64,000 nucleotides of DNA from Deltaproteobacteria bacterium (lineage in GTDB: Bacteria; SAR324; NAC60-12). Under the pieces are notes generated by a model. The model made no database searches. It was given only the letters and a program-made list of their open reading frames with translations, and was not told where the DNA came from. The stretch is from positions 1-64,000 of the forward strand of contig JAYOTF010000005.1 in the NCBI GenBank assembly GCA_038150265.1. The letters are read 5' to 3'. The stretch's first letter is position 1. Every line of letters begins with the position of its first letter. Positions 19,285 to 29,986 of this stretch are shown here, piece by piece. The position numbers and the translations under genes were made by a program.

Positions 19285-20157
19285 ATGATGTTTCATTTCG
19301 TCAAGAAACTGATGGCTGGGCTGCTGCTGAGCGCCTGGAGTGCGAGCCTTGTGGGGGCCGCCCCCTTTACCTTCACGGCCATTCCCGACCAGGACACGGC
19401 TCGGCTTCAGGAACGCTTTGGCAAGGTGGCGACCTACCTGCAGGAGCAACTGGGCGTTGAGGTCCGCTACATCCCGGTGAAGTCCTACGATGCCTCGGTC
19501 TCGGCATTCAAGAACAACGAGGTTCAGCTGGCCTGGTTCGGAGGCCTCTCTGGGGTGCAGGCCCGGATGGCTGTGCCGGGCTCTCAGGCCATTGCGCTGG
19601 GTGAGGAAGACCTGGAGTTTGTCACGTTCTTCATCGCCAACACCCGCACTGGCCTGAGCGAAAGCGACACCCTTCCGGACGCCCTCAAGGGCCGGACCTT
19701 TACCTTTGGCTCCAAGGGCTCGACCTCCGGACGGCTGATGCCGGAGTTCTTTCTGCGAGAACGCTTTGGGCAGGCTCCGGAAGCGACCTTCCGGCGGGTG
19801 GGGTTCTCGGGCGATCACTCCCGGACCCTGCAGCTGGTGCAGGCCGGAAGCTATGAAGTCGGCGCCCTCAACTTCAAGGTTTGGGAAACCGAGCAGGCCG
19901 AAGGCAAGGTGGACGCCGAAAAGGTTCGCGTCATCTGGCGCACCCCCAGCTATCCGGACTACAACTGGAGCATTCGTGGCGATGTGAATGAAACCTGGGG
20001 CCCCGGCTTCCTGAAGAAGGTGCAGCAGGCGTTGGTGGACCTGAAGGATCCGGACATCCTTGGGGCGTTCCCGCGCCGAGGCTTCCGCCCGGCGACCAAC
20101 GACCTGTTTGCCCCGATCCTCCAAACGGCCCAGGACATCGGCATCATCCGGAAATGA
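19285..20157 (+). CDS. PhnD-family ABC substrate-binding protein, 'putative selenate' subfamily
   Basis: FTAIPDQD, LAWFGGLSGVQAR, FTFGSKGSTSGRLMP, GFSGDHSRT, TPSYPDYNW. Confidence 0.85.
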   Translation: MMFHFVKKLMAGLLLSAWSASLVGAAPFTFTAIPDQDTARLQERFGKVATYLQEQLGVEVRYIPVKSYDASVSAFKNNEVQLAWFGGLSGVQARMAVPGSQAIALGEEDLEFVTFFIANTRTGLSESDTLPDALKGRTFTFGSKGSTSGRLMPEFFLRERFGQAPEATFRRVGFSGDHSRTLQLVQAGSYEVGALNFKVWETEQAEGKVDAEKVRVIWRTPSYPDYNWSIRGDVNETWGPGFLKKVQQALVDLKDPDILGAFPRRGFRPATNDLFAPILQTAQDIGIIRK

Positions 20158-20834
20158 CCGAGTCGGTGGTGTTCCGGCTGCACCAGGAGTCCATCGGCTA
20201 CAACGGGCAGCCGGTTCTGTCAAACCTGTCCCTGACCATTGAGGCCGGGGAGCGGGTGGCGCTGATTGGACCCAGCGGAGCCGGGAAGTCGACGCTGCTC
20301 CGGACGCTGTATGAGCGGCTTCCGGACCAGTGTGCGCTGATGCACCAGCAGTATGCGCTGGTGCCACAACTTTCGGCTCTGCACAACGTCTACATGGGGC
20401 GCCTCGACCAGCACCCCACCTGGGAAAACCTGAGGACGCTGGTGTGGCCGTCGCAGCAGATCCGGGACGAGGTGGAGGCGGTCTTGAACCGAGTGGGCCT
20501 GCAGGGAATGGCTCGGCAACGCACTCGGGAGCTTTCCGGAGGGCAGCAGCAACGGGTGGCGCTGGGGCGAGCGCTCTACCGGAACAGCCCGGTGGTGTTG
20601 GCCGATGAGCCGGTGTCTTCCGTGGATCCGCACCAGGCGGATGCCCTGTTGCACCTGCTGGGATCGGCCAGCCCCACGCTGGTGATGGCCCTGCATTCCG
20701 TGGAGCTGGCCCAGCGTCATGCCACCCGGCTGGTGGGCTTGCGAGACGGACGGATTGTGCTGGATGCGGCTCCGGATCAGGTGCCGCCGGAGCGCTTTGC
20801 GGAACTGTATGCGCGCCCGGAGGCGCTGTGCTGA
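20154..20834 (+). CDS. PhnC-like ABC ATPase
   Basis: GPSGAGKST, LSGGQQQRVA, LADEPVSSVDP. Confidence 0.9.
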   Translation: MTESVVFRLHQESIGYNGQPVLSNLSLTIEAGERVALIGPSGAGKSTLLRTLYERLPDQCALMHQQYALVPQLSALHNVYMGRLDQHPTWENLRTLVWPSQQIRDEVEAVLNRVGLQGMARQRTRELSGGQQQRVALGRALYRNSPVVLADEPVSSVDPHQADALLHLLGSASPTLVMALHSVELAQRHATRLVGLRDGRIVLDAAPDQVPPERFAELYARPEALC

Positions 20835-22345
20835 AGACCAGCCTCGGATTCATCGGCGTGGCGCTGGTGGCGCTGCTGGGCGCCGACCTGGAAGTCCTGA
20901 CGCTCGACCCCTGGGGGGAGTTGGGGCGGATGGCCTCCGGGTTGGTCACGCCCGACTGGTCCGCGCTCTGGAGCTACCGGGACGCGCTGCTGCAGACGGT
21001 CGTGTTTGCCCTCTGTGGCACCTCGCTTGGGGCTGTGCTGGGGGCGCTGCTGGCGGCCGGTTTCCACTGGGCTCCGGTGCGGGGCTTCTGTGCGCTGATC
21101 CGTGCCGTCCACGAAATCTTCTGGGCCCTGCTCTTTCTGCCGTTGCTGGGCCTGAACGCCGTCTGTGGACTGCTGGCCATTGCCGTTCCGTATGCAGGCA
21201 TCTTTGCCAAGGTGTATGCCGAGACCATTCAGGAGTCAGACGCCCGCCCGCGAGACGCCCTGCCTGCGAGCACGTCTGGGCTCAGTCGCTTTGCTTACGC
21301 GGTGCTCCCGGTTGCGGGAACCGACCTGCGGAGTTACACGGCGTATCGCTTTGAGTGTGCGCTGCGCTCCAGCGCCGTCCTGGGCTTCATTGGCCTGCCC
21401 ACGCTGGGGTTTCACCTGGAAACCGCCTTGCGAGAGGGGCTGTATTCAGAAGCCGGAGCGCTGCTGCTGGCGTTCTACCTGCTGGTGGGCACCCTCCGCT
21501 GGTGGCTCCGGGCACGTTGGGTTCCGGTTTGGGTGGCCCTGGCCTGGGGGCTGCTTCCGAAGGCAACTCATTTTTCCTGGGAAAACCTCACCCGCTTCCT
21601 GACCTGGGAGGTGGTTCCCTGGCCTCTGCGGCGAGAGGGCTTCTATGCGGGCACCCAGACGGTGCAGTGGGATGCCAGCGGGCTCCTTGACTGGGTCTGG
21701 GAGTTGGCGCAGGGAGACGTCTGGAGTGGGGTCTTCAACACGCTGATTCTCACACAGATTGTGCTGGTGGCAACCGGAGTGCTGACGCTGCTGCTCTTTC
21801 CGGGAGCCTCTCACCGCTTCACGGGGCCATGGGGCCGGCGCCTGGTGCATGGCGGCCTGATTGTGCTGCGGACGACTCCGGAGTACCTGCTGGCCTACGT
21901 GTTTGTGCTGCTGTGGGGGCCGTCAATGCTGCCTGCCATTGCGGCCATTGCGCTCCACAACGGGGCCATTCTGGCGTTTTTGGTCAGCCAGCGTGCCGAC
22001 CGGCTGACGCTGCGCCCAGACTTTCCACGGCGGCGGTTGGACCGTTACTTCTACGAGCTGCTTCCGCGCCTTTATGGTCCCTTCCTCGCCCTGCTCTTTT
22101 ATCGGTGGGAGATCATGATGCGCGAGTCAGCGCTGCTGGGCATGCTGGGGGTGGCGACCCTTGGGTTTTACATTGACTCCGGATTTGCCGAGGAGCAGCT
22201 GGATGTGGCCCTGGCGCTGTTGGTGGTGACGGCTGGGCTGAATCTGGGGATTGATCAGCTTTCGCAGGTGGTGCGTCGCCGCCTCCGCCAAGAGGCGCTT
22301 CCCGGGGCGGCGGACCGTCGCCCTGCCCTGGCAGAACCGGCTTGA
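20828..22345 (+). CDS. PhnE/PtxC-like fused double permease
   Basis: Two permease repeats: RAVHEIFWAL...YRFECALRSSAVLG and RTTPEY...YRWEIMMRESALLG. Confidence 0.88.
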   Translation: MLKTSLGFIGVALVALLGADLEVLTLDPWGELGRMASGLVTPDWSALWSYRDALLQTVVFALCGTSLGAVLGALLAAGFHWAPVRGFCALIRAVHEIFWALLFLPLLGLNAVCGLLAIAVPYAGIFAKVYAETIQESDARPRDALPASTSGLSRFAYAVLPVAGTDLRSYTAYRFECALRSSAVLGFIGLPTLGFHLETALREGLYSEAGALLLAFYLLVGTLRWWLRARWVPVWVALAWGLLPKATHFSWENLTRFLTWEVVPWPLRREGFYAGTQTVQWDASGLLDWVWELAQGDVWSGVFNTLILTQIVLVATGVLTLLLFPGASHRFTGPWGRRLVHGGLIVLRTTPEYLLAYVFVLLWGPSMLPAIAAIALHNGAILAFLVSQRADRLTLRPDFPRRRLDRYFYELLPRLYGPFLALLFYRWEIMMRESALLGMLGVATLGFYIDSGFAEEQLDVALALLVVTAGLNLGIDQLSQVVRRRLRQEALPGAADRRPALAEPA

Positions 22346-22437
22346 GTGCCTCCGGAAACCCGGTATGTTTGGCAGCACGTTTCAGCCGACCTGCCTCGGT
22401 GCTGGCTCCGTTTGTCCTCGCTCCCATCTTCGCTGTC

Positions 22438-24750
22438 ATGACATCACGCCTCGGTCGCCTATCGGTTGTCTCGACTCCTTCACGTGCGTCCGGTGTCTCC
22501 ACCGAGGGCGCTCGGGTGCTGAGCCTGAATCAGCTGCAGGAAGTCTGGGATTTTGCGGCTGTGCCGATGGTGATCACCCACGTGGAGGCTGCCCGGATTC
22601 TCTACGTCAACGATGCGTGTGCCCAGCTGTTTGAGGGAACTCCGGAGGACCTCGTGGGCACGTCGGTGCTGCAGTACTACGCGAACGCCGATGACCGTGC
22701 AGAGCTGCTGCAGTTGGTTCAGCAGCAGGGCCTGCTCCAGAATCACCGCCTCGCCTGCCAGACCCGCCAGGGGCATCCACGCTTTTTGCGCGGCAACCTC
22801 CAGTCCGTGACCTTTGATGAGGAAGCGGCCCTCCTCTTTACCTTCCAGGACATCACCGAAGAGGTGCAGGTGCAGAACCGCCTCAAGCGGGAGAAGGAGC
22901 TCCTGGCCCTTGCCAGCGAAAACAGCGCCACCTGCTTCTGGCACTGGAATCCCGCCACCGGAGAAGTCTGGTGGGACGACCTGCACCACGAATTCTTTGA
23001 GGTGGAGCCCGGGACGCCTTTGAATGAGGCGCTTTTTTTGAGCCGGGTGCACCCGAAGGACCGAGACCGTGTGGCGGCTCATGTTCGGACCGTGCACCAG
23101 CAGGGACTGGCCCACATCGACTATGAATCCAACCTGCCCAGTGGCACCCGCCGGGTCTTCCGGGACTTCACGCGGGTGGTGCAGATTGGCAACGACTCGC
23201 TGGTGCTGGGCACCTGCCTGGACGTCACGCAGGATGTGCTGCTGCGCGAGGAGCTGGAGGAGAAGCTGGCGCTGATGGAGGTGGCTTCAGAGATTGCCAG
23301 GCTGGGCTTCTGGTCCGGAGGCATGGAAGGAGAAGAAAACTGGTGGAGTGACTCCTACAAGCGCTTGCTGCAGCTCCAGGCCGGTGAGTCGACGTCGTTC
23401 CGGACCTTTCGGAGCCGCCTGCATCCGCAGCAAAAGGAGCGTCTGGAAGAACAGGTGCTGACAGCAGATCAAAAGGCACGCGGCGGAGAGCGGCAGGTCC
23501 ACCTCTACCGGCTGCAGCTTCCGGATCAGTCGGAGCGCTGGGTGCGCGGCTTTGTGGGGCTGCTGGAACGAGAGGGCAGTCAAAAACTCATTGGGCTTGC
23601 CCAGGATGTCACGAGGGAGGAGCAGCAGCGGGAAGCACTGGCCGAGGAACTGGAGGTCCACAAGATTGTCAATCAGGCGGCAAAACTGGGGTACTTCAAG
23701 CGCGATCCGGAGACCAACCAGTCCTGGATGGATTCTTACCTCCACCAGCTGTTTGAGCTTCCGGAAGTCGGGTGGTTTGATTCCGACTGGATCATGGACC
23801 GCCTGACACCGGAGAGCCTCGCAAACTTCGAGCAGGGGCGGCTCGATTCCGCCCAGTCCGGACAGGCAGAGGTTGAACTGGAACTGAAGCTTCCCAGCAA
23901 GGCGCGGCGCTTTGTGCGTTCCTTCCAGCGGGTGTATCAGATCGGAGGCAGAAATGTGATCCTAGGAGTCACTCAGGACATCACGGAGCAGGTGGAGATG
24001 TGGGAGATCATCCGGCGCAATGAGCGGCTGTACTCCGTGGGACAGCTTGCGGCCAGCATCAACCACGACCTGCGGCAACCGCTGGCGATCCTGAACATTG
24101 AGCTGAGCCTGCTGGACCGCAAGGTCCGGCGCAAGAACTGGAACCAACTGGGGGAACACCTGTTGACCGCACATGAAGCGCTGGCCCATGCCGGAAACAT
24201 CATGGACCGCTCACTCGGAATGGTGGGCAAGGAAAGCGAGGTGGCTCGGCATCGCCTCTCCCGAATTGTGCTCCGCACCCTGGAAATTCTGGAGAGCCTC
24301 CTCCAGAAGCAGGAGCTGACGCCCGTGTTTGTGAACGAGTGGGAGGCGTGTCCGGAGCAGGAGCCCTGGGTGCTGGCGCAGGAAACCGAGCTGACGCTGG
24401 TGCTGCAGAACCTCCTCATCAATGCCCGGGATGCCATTCTGGAGCGCCGGCACCAGCGCAGTCGCCGCAGCGAGGAAGAGGTCCGGATCGAGTTGCAGTC
24501 CGGGGCGTCTCAAACCGTCCGCTTGAGCATCCTGGACCAGGGGGCGGGGATTCCGGAGGAGGTGCTGGACCAGATCTTTGACCCGCTCTTTTCCACGAAA
24601 ACCGTTCACAGCAGCACCGGACTGGGGCTGGCGACCAGTCGGCGGATCATCCGAGATCACCAGGGCCGGATCTGGGCAGAGAACCTTCCGGAGGGCACAG
24701 GTGCCGGTTTTCACATTGAGCTTCCCCGCGTCTCTGGTGAGCCGGAATGA
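22438..24750 (+). CDS. Cytoplasmic multi-PAS sensor histidine kinase
   Basis: Several PAS/PAC repeats, H-box INHDLRQPL, NLLINARDA, DQGAGI, FDPLFSTK, TGLGL; start uncertain (22342, 22438 or 22516). Confidence 0.9.
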   Translation: MTSRLGRLSVVSTPSRASGVSTEGARVLSLNQLQEVWDFAAVPMVITHVEAARILYVNDACAQLFEGTPEDLVGTSVLQYYANADDRAELLQLVQQQGLLQNHRLACQTRQGHPRFLRGNLQSVTFDEEAALLFTFQDITEEVQVQNRLKREKELLALASENSATCFWHWNPATGEVWWDDLHHEFFEVEPGTPLNEALFLSRVHPKDRDRVAAHVRTVHQQGLAHIDYESNLPSGTRRVFRDFTRVVQIGNDSLVLGTCLDVTQDVLLREELEEKLALMEVASEIARLGFWSGGMEGEENWWSDSYKRLLQLQAGESTSFRTFRSRLHPQQKERLEEQVLTADQKARGGERQVHLYRLQLPDQSERWVRGFVGLLEREGSQKLIGLAQDVTREEQQREALAEELEVHKIVNQAAKLGYFKRDPETNQSWMDSYLHQLFELPEVGWFDSDWIMDRLTPESLANFEQGRLDSAQSGQAEVELELKLPSKARRFVRSFQRVYQIGGRNVILGVTQDITEQVEMWEIIRRNERLYSVGQLAASINHDLRQPLAILNIELSLLDRKVRRKNWNQLGEHLLTAHEALAHAGNIMDRSLGMVGKESEVARHRLSRIVLRTLEILESLLQKQELTPVFVNEWEACPEQEPWVLAQETELTLVLQNLLINARDAILERRHQRSRRSEEEVRIELQSGASQTVRLSILDQGAGIPEEVLDQIFDPLFSTKTVHSSTGLGLATSRRIIRDHQGRIWAENLPEGTGAGFHIELPRVSGEPE

Positions 24751-24776
24751 AGCCACTGGGCTGCCTCAGCCGGTCC

Positions 24777-25877
24777 TCACCGGGGCTCGCCCAAACGCTT
24801 GGTCGTGACAGGGTCAAAGAAGCTCAGGGCTTCCGGAGGCAGGTCGATGGGGAAGGCTTCTCCCGGAGTCGCAGAGACGTGTCCGGGGAACCGAGCCGTG
24901 GCGACTTTGGGGCCAAAGTCGAGGGACACGTAGGCATCGGCCCCGGTGTTTTCGACCAGCGTGACGGGCAGGTGCAGGGCCGGGGCCGATGAGGTGCCGA
25001 GCTGGAAGTGTTCCGGGCGGATGCCCACCAGCACCTCCTGATTGCGGTACGCCTGCAGGGCCGGAGGAAGGGCGCCCAGGGGCAGCTCGTGCTCGGGTCC
25101 AAAGCACAGGGATCCGGAGTCAGACAGGCGTGCCGGAATGAGGTTCATCGGCGGAGACCCCATGAAGTCGGCGACAAAGGTGTTGGCTGGGCGGGCGTAC
25201 AGCTCGGCGGGTGGGCCGACCTGCTGGATCACGCCGTTGTGCAGCACCACGATGGTGGTTGCCAGCGTCATCGCTTCCACCTGATCGTGCGTCACATACA
25301 CAATGGAGGCGTGGGTCCGTTGGTGCAGGCGCTTGATCTCCGCCCGCATTTCCACCCGGAGCTTGGCATCAAGGTTTGAGAGGGGCTCATCAAACAGAAA
25401 GAGCTGGGGCTCGCGGACCAGCGCCCGGCCCATCGCGACCCGCTGCCGCTGCCCTCCGGAAAGCTGGCTGGGCCGACGTTCCAGCAGCGCCTCGATCTGC
25501 AGCAGCTGTGCAACCTCACGCGTCTTGCGCTGGATGACCTCCGGGGCTTCCTTGCGGATCTTCATGCCAAAGCCAATGTTGTCGGCAACGCTCATGGTGG
25601 GGTAGAGCGCATACGACTGAAACACCATTGCGATGTTTCGGTCTCGTGGTGGCTCGTGCGTGACCTCCTTTCCAGCGATCCAGATCCTTCCGGAGCTGAC
25701 CTCATCCAGCCCCGCAATGCAGTTCAGCAGCGTCGATTTTCCACATCCGGAGGGTCCCACCAGCACCAGGAATTCTCCGGGGGCAATGGACACCGAAATG
25801 TTGCGCAGCACCGAGACGGTGCCATAGGCTTTCTCGAGTTGCTGAACTTCAAGAGCGGGAGGGGGTTCCACGGGCAC
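24777..25877 (-). CDS. malK: Sugar ABC ATPase (MalK/AglK/MsmK)
   Basis: GPSGCGKST, VFQSYALYP, LSGGQRQRVAMGR, DEPLSNLDAKLR, VTHDQVEAMTL. Confidence 0.93.
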   Translation of the reverse strand: MPVEPPPALEVQQLEKAYGTVSVLRNISVSIAPGEFLVLVGPSGCGKSTLLNCIAGLDEVSSGRIWIAGKEVTHEPPRDRNIAMVFQSYALYPTMSVADNIGFGMKIRKEAPEVIQRKTREVAQLLQIEALLERRPSQLSGGQRQRVAMGRALVREPQLFLFDEPLSNLDAKLRVEMRAEIKRLHQRTHASIVYVTHDQVEAMTLATTIVVLHNGVIQQVGPPAELYARPANTFVADFMGSPPMNLIPARLSDSGSLCFGPEHELPLGALPPALQAYRNQEVLVGIRPEHFQLGTSSAPALHLPVTLVENTGADAYVSLDFGPKVATARFPGHVSATPGEAFPIDLPPEALSFFDPVTTKRLGEPR

Positions 25878-25878
25878 C

Positions 25879-26898
25879 TCAGCTGGGAGCCGGCGCAATG
25901 GACTGCCGCACAATCAGCTCCACCGGTTCAATGCGCTGGAGGTCCGACGCCTCCGGGTTGTTCAGCATGGAGTGGACGATCTCGGCCAGGGGGCGACAGG
26001 CGTTTTGCAGGGGCGCACGGGTGACCGTCAGAGGCGGATCGATCAGGGATGCCTGAAGGGGAAGGTCATCGTCATGGGCAATCACGGAGAGGTCCCGGGG
26101 CACCTTGAGCGAAAGCAGGCGGGCCACCTTCACCACGCTGTGGGCAAAGATGGTGGAGGTGCACAGCACGGCTGTCGGGCGGGGCGTCTCGCTGAGGAGC
26201 CGCTGAATGACCTCGTAAGAGTCGTAAGTGACGAACGGAAAGTGATGAATCAGCGACGGCAGAGGCGACCGGCCTCGGTCCTGGTGCGCTTCCCGGAAGC
26301 CCCGGAGCCGCTCCTGCGCAAAGGTGGCGTCTCTGGGACCGTTGAGCAGGGCGATGTGCTGGTGGCCCAGGTCGAGCAGCAGGTCGGTCGGGGCCCGTCC
26401 CGCGGTGTAGTTGTCAATGTCGTAGTAGGGGTAGGGCGAGTCCATGCTGGTGCGGCCGTGCATCACAAACGGCACTCCTTGCTCTTCCAGAAAGGGAACG
26501 CGCGGGTCGTCCTTTTCGGGAGCATTGAGGATGAAGGCGTCCAGCGTGTGCTTGCGAACCAGGCGCTTGTAGGCGCTGAGGGTGTCTGTCAGGGCACTGA
26601 CGTGGAAGACGAGGTCGATGTCAAACTCCACGAGGTGCTGGCTGATGCCGGTGATGACCTGAAAGAAGCTGGGGTCCACCTGACCGTGTTGCCGCGCCTT
26701 CACAACCATCCCGACGATTCCGGACTTTCCCGTGACCAGCTTCCGGGCGAGCTGGTTGGGCTGGTAGCCCATCTCTCGTGCCATCTGCTGCACGCGCAGG
26801 CGGGTGTCTTCCCGGACTTCCGGAAAACCATTCAGCGCGCGGCTGACCGTTGCTGGAGAAACCCCCAGACGTGTGGCGATGTCTTTCAAGGTAGGCAT
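25879..26898 (-). CDS. LacI family regulator (AglR-like)
   Basis: TLKDIATRLGVSPATVSRALN, YQPNQLARKL, VPRDLSVI. Confidence 0.93.
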   Translation of the reverse strand: MPTLKDIATRLGVSPATVSRALNGFPEVREDTRLRVQQMAREMGYQPNQLARKLVTGKSGIVGMVVKARQHGQVDPSFFQVITGISQHLVEFDIDLVFHVSALTDTLSAYKRLVRKHTLDAFILNAPEKDDPRVPFLEEQGVPFVMHGRTSMDSPYPYYDIDNYTAGRAPTDLLLDLGHQHIALLNGPRDATFAQERLRGFREAHQDRGRSPLPSLIHHFPFVTYDSYEVIQRLLSETPRPTAVLCTSTIFAHSVVKVARLLSLKVPRDLSVIAHDDDLPLQASLIDPPLTVTRAPLQNACRPLAEIVHSMLNNPEASDLQRIEPVELIVRQSIAPAPS

Positions 26899-26992
26899 GA
26901 GCGGTTGCGGCTGCAAACGTTTAAATTGAGGCGGTACGGGTCCAGTCGCTGAAGTGATAGCAATCCCTTGAATCAAAGGCAATCAAAAATGT

Positions 26993-27006
26993 TCAAAACG
27001 TTTTGA
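26993..27006. promoter_or_regulatory. LacI-type operator
   Basis: Perfect palindrome TCAAAACGTTTTGA with central CG; weaker second copy TGCAAACGTTTAAA at 26912-26925. Confidence 0.8.
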
Positions 27007-27065
27007 TTTTCTCTGGGGAGTTGATAGGGTGGAGCGTCTTTTTTTCGTTTTCACTGGAGTTCCTC

Positions 27066-28706
27066 ATGAACCGTCCTTGGTGGCGCGGAAGCGTCATTTA
27101 TCAGATCTATCCACGGTCCTTTCGTGATGCAAACGGCGACGGCATTGGGGACCTGCCCGGCATTCTGGAGCGCCTGGACTACGTGGCCTCGCTGGGAGTG
27201 GATGCGATCTGGCTCTCTCCGATCTTCCCCTCGCCCATGGCGGACATGGGGTATGACGTTTCTGATTACACCGGCATTGACCCCCTCTTTGGAACGCTGG
27301 CTGACTTTGATGCCCTCCTCAAGCGGGCGCATGAGGTGGGGCTGAAGGTGATGATCGACCAGGTCCTTTCGCACACCTCAGACCAGCACGCCTGGTTTCA
27401 GGAGAGCAAGTCTTCCCTCACCAATCCGAAAGCCGATTGGTACGTCTGGGTGGACCCGCAACCCGATGGCAGCCCGCCGAACAACTGGGTCTCGGTGTTT
27501 GGAGGCTCCGCGTGGGAATGGAATGCCACCCGCCGGCAGTACTACCTCCACAACTTCCTCAAGGAGCAGCCGGACCTGAACTTTCATCACCCGGAGGTGC
27601 AGGAGGCGCTGCTGGGGACCATGCGGTTCTGGCTGGAGCGGGGCGTGGATGGGTTCCGCTTTGACACCGTCAATTTCTACTTCCACGACCGCGAGCTGAA
27701 GAACAACCCACCGGCCACGCGCTCTGAGGATCGCCCCAGCGTGAACCCCTATGACATGCAAGAGCACCTCTACAGCAAGACCCAGCCGGAAAACCTGGCC
27801 TTTCTGGAGCGCATGCGGGCGCTGCTGAACGAGTTCCCGGACCGCACCACGGTGGGAGAAGTGGGAGAGAGCCACGAGCGCAGCATCCCGGTCATGGCCG
27901 AGTACACCGATGGCGAGGATCGGCTGCACATGGCCTATTCCTTTGAGATGCTGCAGGAGCACTTTTCTGCCCAGCACTTCCGCCGGTGTGTGGAGCAGTT
28001 TTTTGAAATTGCCCACGATGGCTGGCCCTGCTGGAGCTTCTCCAACCACGATGTCATCCGCCACGTTACGCGTTGGGCGCGGCATGCCAGCCAACGCCCG
28101 CAGCTGGCACGGCAGGCGGCCGCGTTGCTGCTCTCCCTGAAGGGCTCCGTGTGCCTCTATCAGGGCGAAGAGCTGGGCCTTCCGGAGACGGAGCTGGCCT
28201 TTGAGGAGCTGACCGATCCTCCGGGCATTCACTTCTGGCCAGACTACAAAGGACGAGACGGCTGCCGGACCCCCATCCCCTGGACCACGGGGGAGGCGCC
28301 CAATGGCTTTACCTCCGGAACCCCCTGGCTGCCCATCAAGCCTCCGCACACCGCCCTCAGCGTGGAGGCCCAGGAGGCTGACCGGAACTCGACCCTGCAG
28401 TTCTACCGGACGCTGCTGCAGTTTCGCAAGGCTCACCCGGAGCTGCGCAGTGGCGAGATCCGCTTCTTTGACCTGGAGGAGCCATTGCTTGCCTTTACCC
28501 GGACCCTGGATAATCATTCTCTGGTGGCACTCTTCAACCTCTCTTCCGAGACCCAAACGGTTTCGCTGGCAGGTGAGTGTGCCCTCGAGGGGCCGTCTCA
28601 GAATGCCCTGGTGCACGAGGAGATTCTGACCCTGGGCCCCAATGGCTTTGCCTTCATGTTACCGGTTTGGGGCATTACGGCGATTCAGCAGCAAAGCAAC
28701 CGCTAG
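27066..28706 (+). CDS. aglA: GH13 alpha-glucosidase
   Basis: YQIYPRSF, DQVLSHTS, GFRFDTVN, VGE, SNHD, YQGEELGL, GRDGCRTP. Confidence 0.93.
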   Translation: MNRPWWRGSVIYQIYPRSFRDANGDGIGDLPGILERLDYVASLGVDAIWLSPIFPSPMADMGYDVSDYTGIDPLFGTLADFDALLKRAHEVGLKVMIDQVLSHTSDQHAWFQESKSSLTNPKADWYVWVDPQPDGSPPNNWVSVFGGSAWEWNATRRQYYLHNFLKEQPDLNFHHPEVQEALLGTMRFWLERGVDGFRFDTVNFYFHDRELKNNPPATRSEDRPSVNPYDMQEHLYSKTQPENLAFLERMRALLNEFPDRTTVGEVGESHERSIPVMAEYTDGEDRLHMAYSFEMLQEHFSAQHFRRCVEQFFEIAHDGWPCWSFSNHDVIRHVTRWARHASQRPQLARQAAALLLSLKGSVCLYQGEELGLPETELAFEELTDPPGIHFWPDYKGRDGCRTPIPWTTGEAPNGFTSGTPWLPIKPPHTALSVEAQEADRNSTLQFYRTLLQFRKAHPELRSGEIRFFDLEEPLLAFTRTLDNHSLVALFNLSSETQTVSLAGECALEGPSQNALVHEEILTLGPNGFAFMLPVWGITAIQQQSNR

Positions 28707-28764
28707 ACGCTCCGGATGACGCCTCCGCCGGCGTTTTGTTTGATTCCTTCATTGAGGAGAAGCA

Positions 28765-29931
28765 ATGAAAGCTCTGTTCAAGGCCTTCCTGGCCACTGCC
28801 CTCTTGGCGACCTCGGCTCTTCCGGCACTGGCGCTGGAAGAAGGCACCCTCACCATCTGGGTCGGTGGACGCGATCCGGAAGCCCTCCAGTCGATTGGCA
28901 ACCGGTTCACTGAAGAACTCGGCATCCCGGTGGTGGTGGAAGACGTGGACCCGATTGTGGAAAAATTCCAGCAGGCTGCTGCAACAGGAGACGGCCCCGA
29001 CCTCGTCCTTTGGGCGCATGACCGCTTTGGCGAGTGGGCGGCAGGCGGACTCATTTCACCGGTGACCCCAAGCCGCAAACTCAAGGCGGAGCAGCTCGAC
29101 ACCGCTTGGGACGCAGTCAGTTTTGGCGGAAAGGTGTGGGGGTATCCGGTTGCTGTGGAAGCCGTTGGGTTGGTGTACAACACCGACCTCGTCCAGACGC
29201 CTCCGAAGAGCTTTGAGGAACTCAAGGACCTGAAGCTTCCGGAAGGGGTGACGCCGATCATGTGGGACTACAACAACACCTACTTCACCATGCCGCTCCT
29301 CATGGCCAACGGCGGATTTGCCTTCCGCAAGGTCAACGACTCCTACGACGGCAGCACCACCGGCGTCAACAACGCTGGAGCCGTGACCGGGGCACAGGTC
29401 CTCAAGAGCCTCTTTGACGAGGGGGTGATGCCGCAGGGGGTGGATTATGGCGTCATGGATGGTGCCATGGCCAAGGGGGAAGTGGCGATGGTGATCAATG
29501 GACCGTGGTCGTGGGGCAACTACGAAAAGGCGGGCCTCTCCATTGCGGTCGCTCCCATTCCGACCGTTGCCGGAAAGCCCTCGCCTCCGTTCCTGGGCGT
29601 GCAGGCGCTGGCCCTCAATGCGGCGTCTCCGAATCAGGACCTCGCCGTGGAGTTTGTCGAAAACTACCTCCTCACGGACGAGGGGCTCTCCACCTGGAAC
29701 GCCAATGGGGCCCTGGGCGTGCTGACCGATAAATCGGCCGGCTCCCAGCAAACCGACCCGAAGATTCAGGCCACCGTCCGGAATGCCGCAAGCGGGGTCC
29801 CGATGCCGTCCAATCCGGAGATGGGAAAGTTCTGGTCGGCCATGGCCCCGGCGCTCGGCAACATCACTTCCGGAGCCAGCACCGTCGAGGCGGCGCTCAA
29901 CGACGCTGCCGCCCGCATTCAAGGCGAGTGA
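28765..29931 (+). CDS. malE: Maltose/maltodextrin ABC substrate-binding protein
   Basis: EEGTLTIW, KFQQAAATGDGPD, WAHDRFG, INGPW, MPSNPEMGKFW. Confidence 0.92.
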   Translation: MKALFKAFLATALLATSALPALALEEGTLTIWVGGRDPEALQSIGNRFTEELGIPVVVEDVDPIVEKFQQAAATGDGPDLVLWAHDRFGEWAAGGLISPVTPSRKLKAEQLDTAWDAVSFGGKVWGYPVAVEAVGLVYNTDLVQTPPKSFEELKDLKLPEGVTPIMWDYNNTYFTMPLLMANGGFAFRKVNDSYDGSTTGVNNAGAVTGAQVLKSLFDEGVMPQGVDYGVMDGAMAKGEVAMVINGPWSWGNYEKAGLSIAVAPIPTVAGKPSPPFLGVQALALNAASPNQDLAVEFVENYLLTDEGLSTWNANGALGVLTDKSAGSQQTDPKIQATVRNAASGVPMPSNPEMGKFWSAMAPALGNITSGASTVEAALNDAAARIQGE

Positions 29932-29986
29932 CCCAACCGTGAGCGAAGGGCCAGCCCTGGCGCCTCGCTCACCTCCGGAGCGTCGG

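Noticed and set aside
19285..22345. Phosphonate utilisation (phnCDE) call
   Set aside because: Binding-protein motifs fit the putative selenate subfamily better and no C-P lyase or ptxD is nearby; substrate left open
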